Assembly: GCA_030704615.1 (NCBI GenBank)
Contig: CM060733.1
Coordinates: 57,164,001 to 57,228,000 of the forward strand
DNA from: Takakia lepidozioides
Lineage: Eukaryota > Plantae > Bryophyta
DNA: 64,000 bases
Direction: 5' to 3'
The position numbers and the translations under genes are program-made. The notes beneath the pieces were generated by a model. The model did no database searches. It saw only the letters and a list, made by a program, of their open reading frames with translations, and was not told the origin of the DNA. Below, piece after piece: positions 1 through 10,015 of this stretch. Numbering within the stretch: the stretch's first letter is position 1; every line of letters starts with the position of its first letter.

Positions 1-3000
1 AACATCATGTCTTAACCAAGTTTCATTCTTTGCATCCATAGACAAGATTCACCTCTGGTTCATGTTATGAACTGTTTTGGTTCTTTTGGCAGCATGATAT
101 CGTTGAGGCCCAACGCATGGCGGGGGAAGCTTACAAACTTGCTGAGGGACCAAAGAGTCAAGAGGGCCTTGAAGATACAATGAGACAGGCTGGATTGAAA
201 GCAAGGGAGCAACACAAGAGTCAGCTTGTGAAGTTGCTTCCTATTGCTGATCCAACCCTTGGAGAGGGGTTTCTCCAAGAACTTAAACTGCATTGGTCAC
301 GTGTAAAGGCAGGATCAGAGGAAATGACCCAAGAGAAAATGGTGAACATTGCTACCGCCCGGGTGGATCCTGAAGAAAAGGTGGAATGGCTACATATATG
401 GAATGGAGACCAAACACTTCACAACCGTAATTTTTTTCCACCCGGGCCTATCAGTGGGCCAACACTTGATCCTTGGCTGAATAGAAGGACTTTTTGGTGG
501 CAGGTACATATACAATCATTATCTTCTCAATGCAATTAATTCATTTTGTTGATGACACATTAACATAGTTATTTAACTGACTGTATTTTCTGGCAGCTTC
601 GCAAGGTTGCCTTGGCTCAGTTTGCCTTGTACACCACTCAGCTTGGCCAATTTCATGTTGCCTTGGAGGAAGGAGAGAGTGAGAGTCTGGGAGACTACAT
701 GGATACATGGAAGATGACTCATTTCAATGAGTTGTTTCATAGAGAGTTCTCATTGCCAAAGGGGCCATTCAGAGGCAATGATTGGGAACAACAAACAGGT
801 GGGGAGAAGGTGGTGAGACGGATTTTATTCAAGTACCATCTTTCCATTGCATTGTACATGGATAGTGTATACACCTTGTAAGTCAAAAATGTCTATGCTT
901 CAAGTATTTTTCTAGTACATTGGGAAATACATGTTTCTTAATGTGCTTGTTCAATTGTTGAACAGGTTGCATAAATATTTGTCTCCACAATAACTTTGAA
1001 TGTGTTTGTATTTTAGGTACATGAGATTTGTGCTTGTACCGAGTGATCGACTTAAGGCTGAGCCCAAGTTTCTGATGGCCTGGAAGTTTGGTGCTCAACA
1101 AGCTTCCATGTACACACCTGCAATTGAGGAAGATTGGGGTGTGGAACACCGGGAAGGGGGGGGTTGGTATTTGGATATGCCCAAGGGTACTATCCCCTAT
1201 GCAGAAATGGGACTTCATAAGGAATGTGTTCGCAGGCAGTCAGTGAGTGATGAAGGGGTCCTTGTTCTTGATCTGGAGCAAGCAGAACAGATTGCTACAC
1301 AGGCCGCTGACACTGTAGCCCAAGTGGTCCCTGCCGTTGTGGGTGTACCAAAACGCAAATCACGAAAAAGAAAAGGTGCGGATGTCAATGCAGGTGTGGC
1401 TTCTATTGCTGGTCCTATTGGTAGTTCTTCACATCCTTCAAATCAGTTGGTTGTAGTGCCTGCACCTGCTACTCGAGGAAACAAGCCAAAGGCAGGCGAA
1501 CATCCTTACAGTGCAGTGTCATTTTCTGGTGGTGCACCTAGCATGTATCGCATGAAGATCATGCCTACTCATTTCATTGATATGGTGGAGGTCTCAAGTA
1601 CATCTCCTGATGCGACCTTGAAAGAGCTCATGGAGTTCTTAAAAAATGTGAGTTTCCCCCAACAAACAAACTTGAATGTAAGGAATTCTTCAATGTTTTT
1701 ATATCGTCATCTCCGGCTATTGACTCCTACATTTTCTGTATGTTGTTTGCAGTTGCCAGGAACTTGGTCTAGTGTTGTGGATGGAAAAAGCGTGCTTGTG
1801 GCTGTGGACATGATCATCGTGGACTACCCGACAGAAATGCCTGTACAGGGCTGTTTGGATGGTGTACAGGTTCCTCCCTGGAATGCTTTTGATAAACGGT
1901 ATTGGGAGTATGCATTCTCCATTGCTAATGACCTGTTGGATGACAATGGATGCGTGGTGTTCTTGCAGGGCTCCGATGATTCCTTTGCATTGGAGCTCTT
2001 TTCTTACTCCAGGGGCAGCTCTATTTCCGTATTATCAAGGAAATATACTTGCATCAATACCACCCCTCTACACACTCAGACAGGAAAGGTAAAAATCATC
2101 CCTCTTCAATATCTCATTGTTTGATGTTTCATCTTCCTACTCTCATACATATTATTAAACCATCCGGGTGCACTGTTTTTGTGGAAATGGCACGTCTAAC
2201 AGACCATGTTCTTCCACGCCCATGTCCTCACCAAGCAAGGAGGACTATTCAAACTGCGTGAGTCTGGCAAAGTTGTGGACCCCCTTGCAGACCCTGTTGA
2301 GTTGGATGCCAAATACAACCACATTCCAGATGTTGCACTACCCATGTAAACTCCTCAACAAGCCTGGAGGGGTGCGCGAGACCGTAGTCCCGCCTTCATG
2401 CAAGTGTTGTTGGAGACATGCTCACTTCCTGGTTCCCGCATTTTGGATCTCACAGCTGGCACATGTTTGCATTGGTCTCCATTTTGTAATTAAAATCTTC
2501 TGAGCTAATTCATGATCATTAACTGCTATCCGATATAATATCATCATTGCATGTTTTTTTCCTACAGGTTCTACATTTATTGCTGCCCGCAAGTCTGGAC
2601 GTCACGTATTTGGTCTTGAGGGGGACCAGACGTTGTATGCAGCACGTCTCTCTGCACTTCAAAATACTCAACCCGTTTTGGTTTCATCTGTGGGAACTCC
2701 AACCATTCAACGTCCTGTGAGTTTGTTGGAACCCCCCGCTCCTAAGGTGGCGCGCAAGCTTGGTCTTCATCTTGGCAGTACTTCCTAGTGAGTATGTCTC
2801 GCCTCCATTCCCTTTGTTGCAATCTCTATATTATTTGCAAAGCAAACCATTCCCATTTGATTTGTTAACATAAGTATACATGTATGTGTGATGCAGTGAT
2901 GGGATTGTGCGGACCATCTACGATAGTCTACCCCAAAGTCCTCTTTCATCGTTTTATCTACCTTCGTATGCCGAGTCCCAAGCTTTGCATTCAATACATC

Positions 3001-3503
3001 AACAACGTGATGTAGGTCTTTCCAATGATGTGTTGTTTGACCGAAGAGCAGCTATTGTTGGACAATCCGTGGATAGGTTGCGTAGAGTTGAGGCTTTCAT
3101 GGATGTGTATGCCTCTGAATCACAGGCTTATGACACGGATGATGAAGTATCAGCTGATGATGTTATGAAGGTAATTAGAAATTACATATACAGTACATTG
3201 TCCTCATTGTCAGTCCGAATTTTTGGTTATGTTTTATGATACATGTATTTCTCTCTAGCGTAAGGTAAAACAAATGGGGCAAATGACATGGTGTTGAAAT
3301 CAGATTTCATGTTATCTTCCTGTCATTTGATTTATCTATGTAATAGTTTGTACATAGATCTCTACTGCATTTCATAGATCCCTTTACCTGAATGCAAGTT
3401 CGACATGCACTTCAGCACTATCAAATTTCATCATTAGTAAGATCAACCCTTATGAGTATTGTGGCATCTTATGTACACACACGGTGACTATCTTTATCTC
3501 ATT
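1..3503 (+). repeat. Copy 1 of a dispersed ~3.5-kb+ repeat (putative mobile element), 5' part outside the window
   Basis: Near-identical to 25561-29078 line for line. Similarity ends at ...tctttatctcatt in both copies. Confidence 0.95.
93..3170 (+). pseudogene. Spliced gene for a beta-class N6A/N4C DNA methyltransferase-like protein (ParB-MTase family), copy 1, one in-frame stop
   Basis: Phase-compatible GT-AG exons: 93-503, 597-877, 1017-1647, 1753-2088, 2203-2464, 2568-2787, 2897-3170. Reconstruction gives VDMIIVDYPT (motif IV-like), ANDLLDDNGCVVF, then RSPAFMQVLLETCSLPGSRILDLTAGT(C/G)STFIAARKSGRHVFGLEGD (motifs X-I-II). TAA at 2347-2349 is CAA in copy 2. Confidence 0.75.
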
Positions 3504-4559
3504 AGTGTTTCATTTCATTAGTGTTTCAAGTCTGAATGGGTAGTGTAGTGGTATGAACTAGGCTTGATACCTGATAGGTTGTGGGTTCTATCTCTGATGG
3601 ACATTATGTTTTTGTAAAATAAAAATGTTTCAGAAGATAGATATATAGATACTGCAAAACCTATGTAACAAGATTAAATGGGTGGTGGTTTGGTAAGGAT
3701 TATGTTTTTTAAGTTATGAGATTGCGGGTTCGATTACCAATCAATAGTCTTTTTTGTAAAATTGAATTCCCTTGCGGGCCATCACCATTTACTACCCAAA
3801 TGCGCAGGCGGACCATCTCCATCACATTGTCAAGCTCCCTAGCATTCCCTTAGCATTGCTCCATTCTGAACTTCAAACTAGACTCCCACCATTGGAAGAG
3901 CCCGTACCTTCACCATTTGTATCTAACAAGGAGCCGTGCCTCGTCACTTTTTAATTTTTTTGACCGTTTTTCTCATGTTGGAAAGCCATAAAAGCAACAT
4001 GTTCCTCTCCCATTCCTACACTCACCCATGTGGAATAATAATACAATGATATGGAATATTCTATATAGAATATTCTTATTCCATCCTTTGATATTTTGAC
4101 TATGGACCCTAAGATTAGATGAATCACAATTGTTTTTTTTTTTTTGGGTACCCTTATTTAAGTGTTGTGCATATAAAATTGTTCCTATGCATATCTAAAA
4201 TTTGTATGCACGCATACATTCCTCCATATGCATGCATTTGTGTGCGCATATAGTATAGGCTACCTCTCCAAAGCCACACCACGAGAAACAAAGAAACATG
4301 TCTAAGTTTAAGATGCCGAACAAACTTGTGCACAGGGCTGCCCCTCTCGTCAAGCTCATTAAAATTTGTATTAACTTCCATCTTCAAGCTTTGGAGAAGC
4401 TCCACCACCCAAACCCATAATTAGGACAGCACTCTGATTTCCATCCACTATCAGCAGAATCAGTCAAAAATCACCCCTTCAATCAAGTGCAATTGTGGGC
4501 TCACTTCCCACCTATGCCGGGTAGACCCCACTATCAGGAAATGGTGGATGGTCTGAGTA

Positions 4560-4951
4560 GATACACAGATCAATGAATGAAGCGAGACACTTGCATCTTG
4601 CACTCAACAGTACATGATGGTCAGTACTCTCAGGAAATGGTGGATGGTCTGAGTAGCTACACAGATCAATGAATGAATGCTCCCACATTTTGCATACATG
4701 TCCACGAGGGCATTGTTCAGAATCACATCTGGTACAATTCCAGCTTTGGCGATGCAACCATGCACCTCTTTGCCCTTTTCCAGGGCTGCCAGGCTTGCAC
4801 ATGCACTGCAAACGCACACAAACGTGATGTGGTCGGGCTTCCCCCCTTTCCCCATCATTTGCTCATAGGTCTCCAAGGCCTCCATCCCGCACCCCTGTTG
4901 TGCATATCCTGCAAGCATGGCATTCCAACACAACAAATCTCGTTCAGCCAT
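4560..4951 (-). pseudogene. PLS-type PPR gene fragment
   Basis: WNAMLAGYAQQG...KPDHITFVCV...ALEKGKEVH...NALVDMYAKCGS, truncated at both ends. Small ~46-bp duplication at 4534-4580 and 4630-4677. Confidence 0.85.
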
Positions 4952-5334
4952 ATTGTTCCCAGCTCAAAATGTATAGTCAACAACAGTTCTCTACAACTGT
5001 TGGCCAGGCTATCCACTTGATAGCAAAGTTCCTCCCACCCAGCACCAAAGGCAGTCATGGGATTTCCACAGACAAAGATATGAAATTCAGCCTGGAACTT
5101 CCAGAGCTAACATTCAACAAGAGAGTGGTGATAGCATGCAACATGCAGCGCTATACCTGAAAGCACTAACTGTTAAAGATTTACACATCCGTCATAATTC
5201 ATGACTTCTCAAACTCTGAATTAGGGGAGAAACAGTCAAGAAAGGGAAAGTATGGCACCTGGTTATGAACCATGTAAAGGAGGAAGGGCATACAAGAGCC
5301 AGCCCCGTACTTGCATGTGGCAGATATGCATTGG

Positions 5335-5570
5335 CATGTCATTGCACTCCATAAGACCACGTCTCGCTTAGCCATATTGTTGAACACTAGACAGGCCTCC
5401 CTTACACTCCCACATTTCGCATACATGTCTGCAACAAAGGCAGTCTCCATATTAATATATGACGGAATTCCAGCTTTGATAATGTCAGCATGGATCTCTT
5501 TGCCCTTCTCCAGGGCCACCATGCTGGCACAAGCATTGAGAACACAAATGAATATATGACCCTGTCGGGC
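5335..5570 (-). pseudogene. PLS-type PPR gene fragment
   Basis: FICVLNACASMVALEKGKEIHADIIKAG...DMYAKCGSVREACLVFNNMAKRDVVLWSAM. Confidence 0.85.
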
Positions 5571-5764
5571 ATCCATGTGCTGGATTTGCTCCAGATATAT
5601 TGGTCTTGTTCTTTTGCCAACGCTCTGCAAAGCAGAGCATGGCGTCATATGCAATCACAGCAGCTGTTTCATCAATTGGTTGTGGTGATTGTAGCGCCTC
5701 GTTGCTCTAGGCGTGGTCGTTGTTCCTCATCGTGTAGAGCCCAATGGAGCCCAAAACAACTTGC

Positions 5765-5915
5765 ATGAATGTTGTTGAAAGCTCACTAGCACCCCTCAGT
5801 AAAGGACCTTGTCAAAATGTTGATGCTGTCGGATTTTCGAGCAGAAACCTCTACCTTGGAGGACGGAGCAGAGCTGGCATGAGTTTTTTAAAGTTCCTTC
5901 CAGGGAGGGGGGGGG
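5765..5915 (+). mobile_element. LINE-related fragment truncating the DYW domain
   Basis: The reverse complement of 5860-5900 matches 40492-40530 (gaagga-ctttaa-aaact-atgccagctctgctccgt) at the 5' end of the LINE. Both read RSRAG(M/I)SFLK. Confidence 0.55.
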
Positions 5916-5919
5916 GGGA

Positions 5920-6156
5920 GGGGGGAGTGCTAATAAGCCCAAAAGCAATGGCCAGCCTTTCACTGTGGCGGTAGACTGCATGTTCCTTCGTTTGCTGATC
6001 CACATAACGCAAAACAAGGCGTGTGTCAGGCAGGTATCCTGCCTCCTTCATCTTCCTAGTCAATTTTACCAACTCAGCATAGATCTCCTCCGTTTGTGGG
6101 TGTGATCTATCTTCTACAATGAAGGTATGTATCCAACTTTTTACCTCAATCTAGCT
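5920..6156 (-). pseudogene. Disabled E+/DYW deaminase tail of the adjacent PPR gene
   Basis: In frame after the PPR stop: *S*IEVKSWIHTFIVEDRSHPQTEEIYAEL...GYLPDTRLVL...HSERLAIAFGLISTPP. It ends there, with no CxxC or DYW. Confidence 0.9.
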
Positions 6157-8466
6157 TCACGCTGTCTCCTTTTTCACACCCCTCCTCCATCGTTTTCTTA
6201 CTTTTGTTACATCATCCCACCTGCCAGCTAAAGCATAGACATTTGAAAGGAGCACATGCACTGCAGCATTTTTTGTTTCCAACTTCCAGACACATTCTGC
6301 GAAATGTTCTGCTAGCTCCACATTACCATGGATTCTGCAGGCACCAAGCAAGGCCCCCAACACTGAAGCCCCTGGTTCAAATGGAATTCTGTTCATAAAG
6401 TCCTTTGCCTGATCCAAGAGCCCAGCCCGGCCAAGAAGGTCTACCATGCAACCATAGTGCTTTTCTGTTGGTATGATGCAGTGATCTCTAGTCATAGAAA
6501 GGAAGTAATGATGGCCTTCATCCACTAGACCCACATGGCTGCATGCAAAGAGAACACCAATGAAGGTGATGCTGTCTGGCTTCACCCCTTCCCGTTGCAT
6601 CTGTTCAAAAAGTTGGAGCGCATCCTTGCCATGCCCATTCTGAGCACAACCCGTGATCATCGCAGTCCATGAGACTGTGCTATGCTCAAGAATATTGTCA
6701 AACACCCCCTTTGCATCTCGCAGACTCCCACACTTGGCATACATGTCAATCAGAGCAGTCCCCACACAGACATCTGATTCAGATCCAGATTTGAGGATAT
6801 TGTCATGAACCTTCTTGCCCTCCTCCAGAGCTGCCAGGTGGCCGCATGCATTGAGGATGAGAATAAAAGTGACCTTGTTAGGCTTCACGCCTTCTAGTCG
6901 CATTTGACCAAACAATTCAAATGACTCAACACCAAGCCCATGCTCATCAGATCCTGCAATCATCGAGTTCCAAGAGATGATATCACGTTCAGGCATTTTC
7001 AAGAACACTTGGCGTGCATCCAGTAGGCTCCCGCACTTGCAATACATGCTGACAAGGGCGTTCCCCACTCGAACATCCGCCTCAAATCCAGCTTTGATGA
7101 TGGCTTCATGGACCCACTTGCCCTGTTCGAGAGCTACTTGAGTGGCACATGCATTGAGGATGCTGATGAAAGTGACCTTGTTGGGCTTCATGCCTTCCTG
7201 TTGCATTTGCTGAAAACGGTCGAATGCCTCTTCAACATGCCCGGTATGAGCAAGTCCTGCAATCATTGCATTCCATGAGACCACATTTCGTTGAGGCATT
7301 TTGAAGAGCACTTGGCATGCATCCACCACACTCCCGCATTTGCAATACATGCTGACAAGGGCAGTCCCCACTTGGATGTCGGACTCAAATCCAGCTTTGA
7401 TGATGCCTGCATGAAGCCGCTTTCCCTGTGGCAGAGCTGCTGGGGTGGTACATGCCTTTAGGATGCAGATGAAAGTGACCTTGTCTGCCTTAATGCCCTC
7501 TCTTTGCATTTGCCGAAAAATTTCGAAAGCCTCCCCAACATGACCGTGCTGGGCAAATCCTGCAATAATCGCAGTCCACGAGATCACATCTCGGTTGCGA
7601 ATTCCGTCAAACACTGGGCGCGCATCCCGCACACTCCCGCACTTGCAATACATGCTCACAAGGGCATTCCCCACTCGAATATCAGACTCAAATCCAGCTT
7701 CGATGATGTCCGCATGGACCCACCTACCTTGCTCCAGAGCTGCTGGGATGGTACATGCATTGAGGATGCTAACGAAAGTGCCCTTGTTGGGCGTCATGCC
7801 TTCTAGTTGCATTTCCCAAAAGAGTTCAAAGGCCTCTTCAAATTTCCCTTTCTGAACAAGTCCTGCAATCATCGCATTCCATGAGACAACATTTCGATTA
7901 CTCATTTTGAAGAACACTTCGCGCGCATTCACCACACTTCCGCACTTGCAGTACATGCTGATGAGGGCAGTCCCTAATCGGACATCTGCCTCAAATCGCG
8001 CTTTGATGATCCCCGCATGGAGCCGCCTTCCATGATCTAGCTCTGCTGGGGTCCCACATGCGTTCAGAATGCTTATGAACGTGATCTTATTTGCCTTCAC
8101 CCCTTCTCGTTGCATTTGTTCAAAGAGTGCAAATGCTCCTTCCCCAGCGCCTTGTTGGGCTAATCCTGCAATCATCACATTCCAGGAGATCACATTCCGT
8201 TGAGGCATTTTGTCGAACACTTGGCGCGCATCCACAACATTCCCACACTTCACGTACATGCTGACAAGGGTATTTCCCAAGAAGATATCAGGCTTGAATC
8301 CACTTTTGATGATATGAGCATGGATTTCCTTGCCATCTGCAAGGGATTTCGTCTCAGCACACTCTTGCAACAGACAAGCACAGGTATCAGAATATGCTGG
8401 AAAGCCTTGTTCCTCCAGCAAATTCAAGATGTCCACAACCTTCTTGTATCGTCCGTCCTTGCACAA
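6157..8466 (-). CDS. PLS-class pentatricopeptide repeat protein with E domain (organellar RNA editing factor family), possibly a pseudogene
   Basis: 769-aa uninterrupted ORF of P-L-S triplets (SWNAMIAG, KVTFISILNAC, NALVSMYCKCG) with E motifs (HYGCMVDLLGRAG, ALLGACRIHGN). The ORF starts at TTG, and an in-frame TAA lies upstream at ~8572. Confidence 0.85.
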   Translation of the reverse strand: MCKDGRYKKVVDILNLLEEQGFPAYSDTCACLLQECAETKSLADGKEIHAHIIKSGFKPDIFLGNTLVSMYVKCGNVVDARQVFDKMPQRNVISWNVMIAGLAQQGAGEGAFALFEQMQREGVKANKITFISILNACGTPAELDHGRRLHAGIIKARFEADVRLGTALISMYCKCGSVVNAREVFFKMSNRNVVSWNAMIAGLVQKGKFEEAFELFWEMQLEGMTPNKGTFVSILNACTIPAALEQGRWVHADIIEAGFESDIRVGNALVSMYCKCGSVRDARPVFDGIRNRDVISWTAIIAGFAQHGHVGEAFEIFRQMQREGIKADKVTFICILKACTTPAALPQGKRLHAGIIKAGFESDIQVGTALVSMYCKCGSVVDACQVLFKMPQRNVVSWNAMIAGLAHTGHVEEAFDRFQQMQQEGMKPNKVTFISILNACATQVALEQGKWVHEAIIKAGFEADVRVGNALVSMYCKCGSLLDARQVFLKMPERDIISWNSMIAGSDEHGLGVESFELFGQMRLEGVKPNKVTFILILNACGHLAALEEGKKVHDNILKSGSESDVCVGTALIDMYAKCGSLRDAKGVFDNILEHSTVSWTAMITGCAQNGHGKDALQLFEQMQREGVKPDSITFIGVLFACSHVGLVDEGHHYFLSMTRDHCIIPTEKHYGCMVDLLGRAGLLDQAKDFMNRIPFEPGASVLGALLGACRIHGNVELAEHFAECVWKLETKNAAVHVLLSNVYALAGRWDDVTKVRKRWRRGVKKETA

Positions 8467-8899
8467 TCTGCTTATATACCCAAGAGCTCCACAATTTTGG
8501 GCTACTTCCCCCCTCGTCTGTGCCTTCGCCCAGAAGTCGTGATGATGGTGGCCGTGGCAACAGTGATGACCTTACCCCGACACCGACACCCAACAAGCAA
8601 CTCGGTCTGACTGCTGCAGAATTGGAACTCCACCACCTTGCTTGGTAACAAAATGTGTCTGGAGACCATTGTCATGGGCTCCCAAGGAATCTGTGTCGGG
8701 AGGTAGTAGCTTCTCTTGTGGACATTGCAGTCAGATGCAATGTGTAGCGACCGTGTCCGTGTGATCACTTCAGAGAGATCCGTGTCTGTGGGAGCGACTC
8801 AGACTGTGAGGCCCATTACCAACATATCTCCATCTCCAGCTCTCCTGCTTTGGTGGGATATTGTCTACTACCGTAGTGGGAGGATCAAGAGAGGGAGTC

Positions 8900-9072
8900 C
8901 ACAATACCTCTTCTGGCACTTCTGGGCATGTCAAGATGCTTTGTGAGGCAGGCAGACAAGAGGCTCTACAGACTTTAAACCAAGGAGGCATTTCAGCAGA
9001 TTCAGATACGTATGTCTGTCTCTTGCATAAGTGCATCAAGATGAAAGGCCTGGAAGCTGGAAAGCAGGTGAT
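8900..9072 (+). pseudogene. N-terminal fragment of a second PPR gene, head-to-head with the first
   Basis: VKMLCEAGRQEAL...ISADSDTYVCLLHKCIKMKGLEAGKQV resembles the start of the 6157-8466 protein. It breaks off at ~9072. Confidence 0.7.
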
Positions 9073-9076
9073 ACAC

Positions 9077-9980
9077 TGTGAGGGGGTAAATTCCCAAACA
9101 TGGTATATATAATTAAAACAGTACCATTCATGAATACTAAAACTTTATCACACTGACCATAACTACCCGACATCTTTCACAGAAGGCCCTGACTAGTTTA
9201 CAACACATAAGCCCTGAGTAAAAGAATGGTCCAACATATTAGTACCTTCTATGGTCTCTTTGTGATGCTCCCTGAAATTTTTACAAGACATAAACACTGC
9301 TTACCAATCAAAGGTGGATCTAATCAATGGGTTCAATAAGGTCATTTGAATCCTCAATATATGAATCCACCACCTGCTCTCCTGCGCCCTCATTGATTCG
9401 ATCACTTATAACCTTCAGAATTGGTTTCCTCGTCAGGCTCTCATCCTTGTTATGCCTAAGATACTCATTGGCTTCCTCAGCAATTTCTAGTACAAGCCCA
9501 AACTTACTATTAGACTGCTCCAGTAAAATCTCAGCATCCACCAGGATCTGCTTGTTTGCCTCTAACCACATTCGCTCTTGTGTTTCCAGGAAGGGCAACA
9601 TCTGTTCCTTCTCCTCTAATTTGGGATCTCTCCTTCCCTGATCACAACAAGAGAAGCAAATGTGCTATACAAATAAATTGGTTGTCAAAGTACCAGAGTC
9701 TCTCTCTCTCTCGCTCGTGTTTCCAGGAAGGGCAACGTCTGTTCCTTCTCCTCTAATTTGGGATCTTACCTACCCTGATCACAACAAGAGAAGCAAATGT
9801 GCTATACAAATAAATTGGTTGTCAATGAGTCTCTCTCTCTCTCTCTCTCTCTCTCGCTCTTGTGTTTCCAGGAAGGGCAACGTCTGTTCCTTCTCCTCTA
9901 ATTTGGGATCCTACCTACCCTGATCACAACAAGAGAAGCAAATGTGCTATACAAATAAATTGGTTGTCAAAGTACCATTG

Positions 9981-10015
<35 letters not shown>

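Noticed and set aside
93-3170. Bacterial contamination as the source of the MTase
   Set aside because: Spliceosomal introns, multiple copies, and contiguity with plant genes.
5920-6156. U-to-C (DYW:KP) editing factor
   Set aside because: It has HSE and SHP motifs of the conventional type, and the diagnostic C-terminus is missing.
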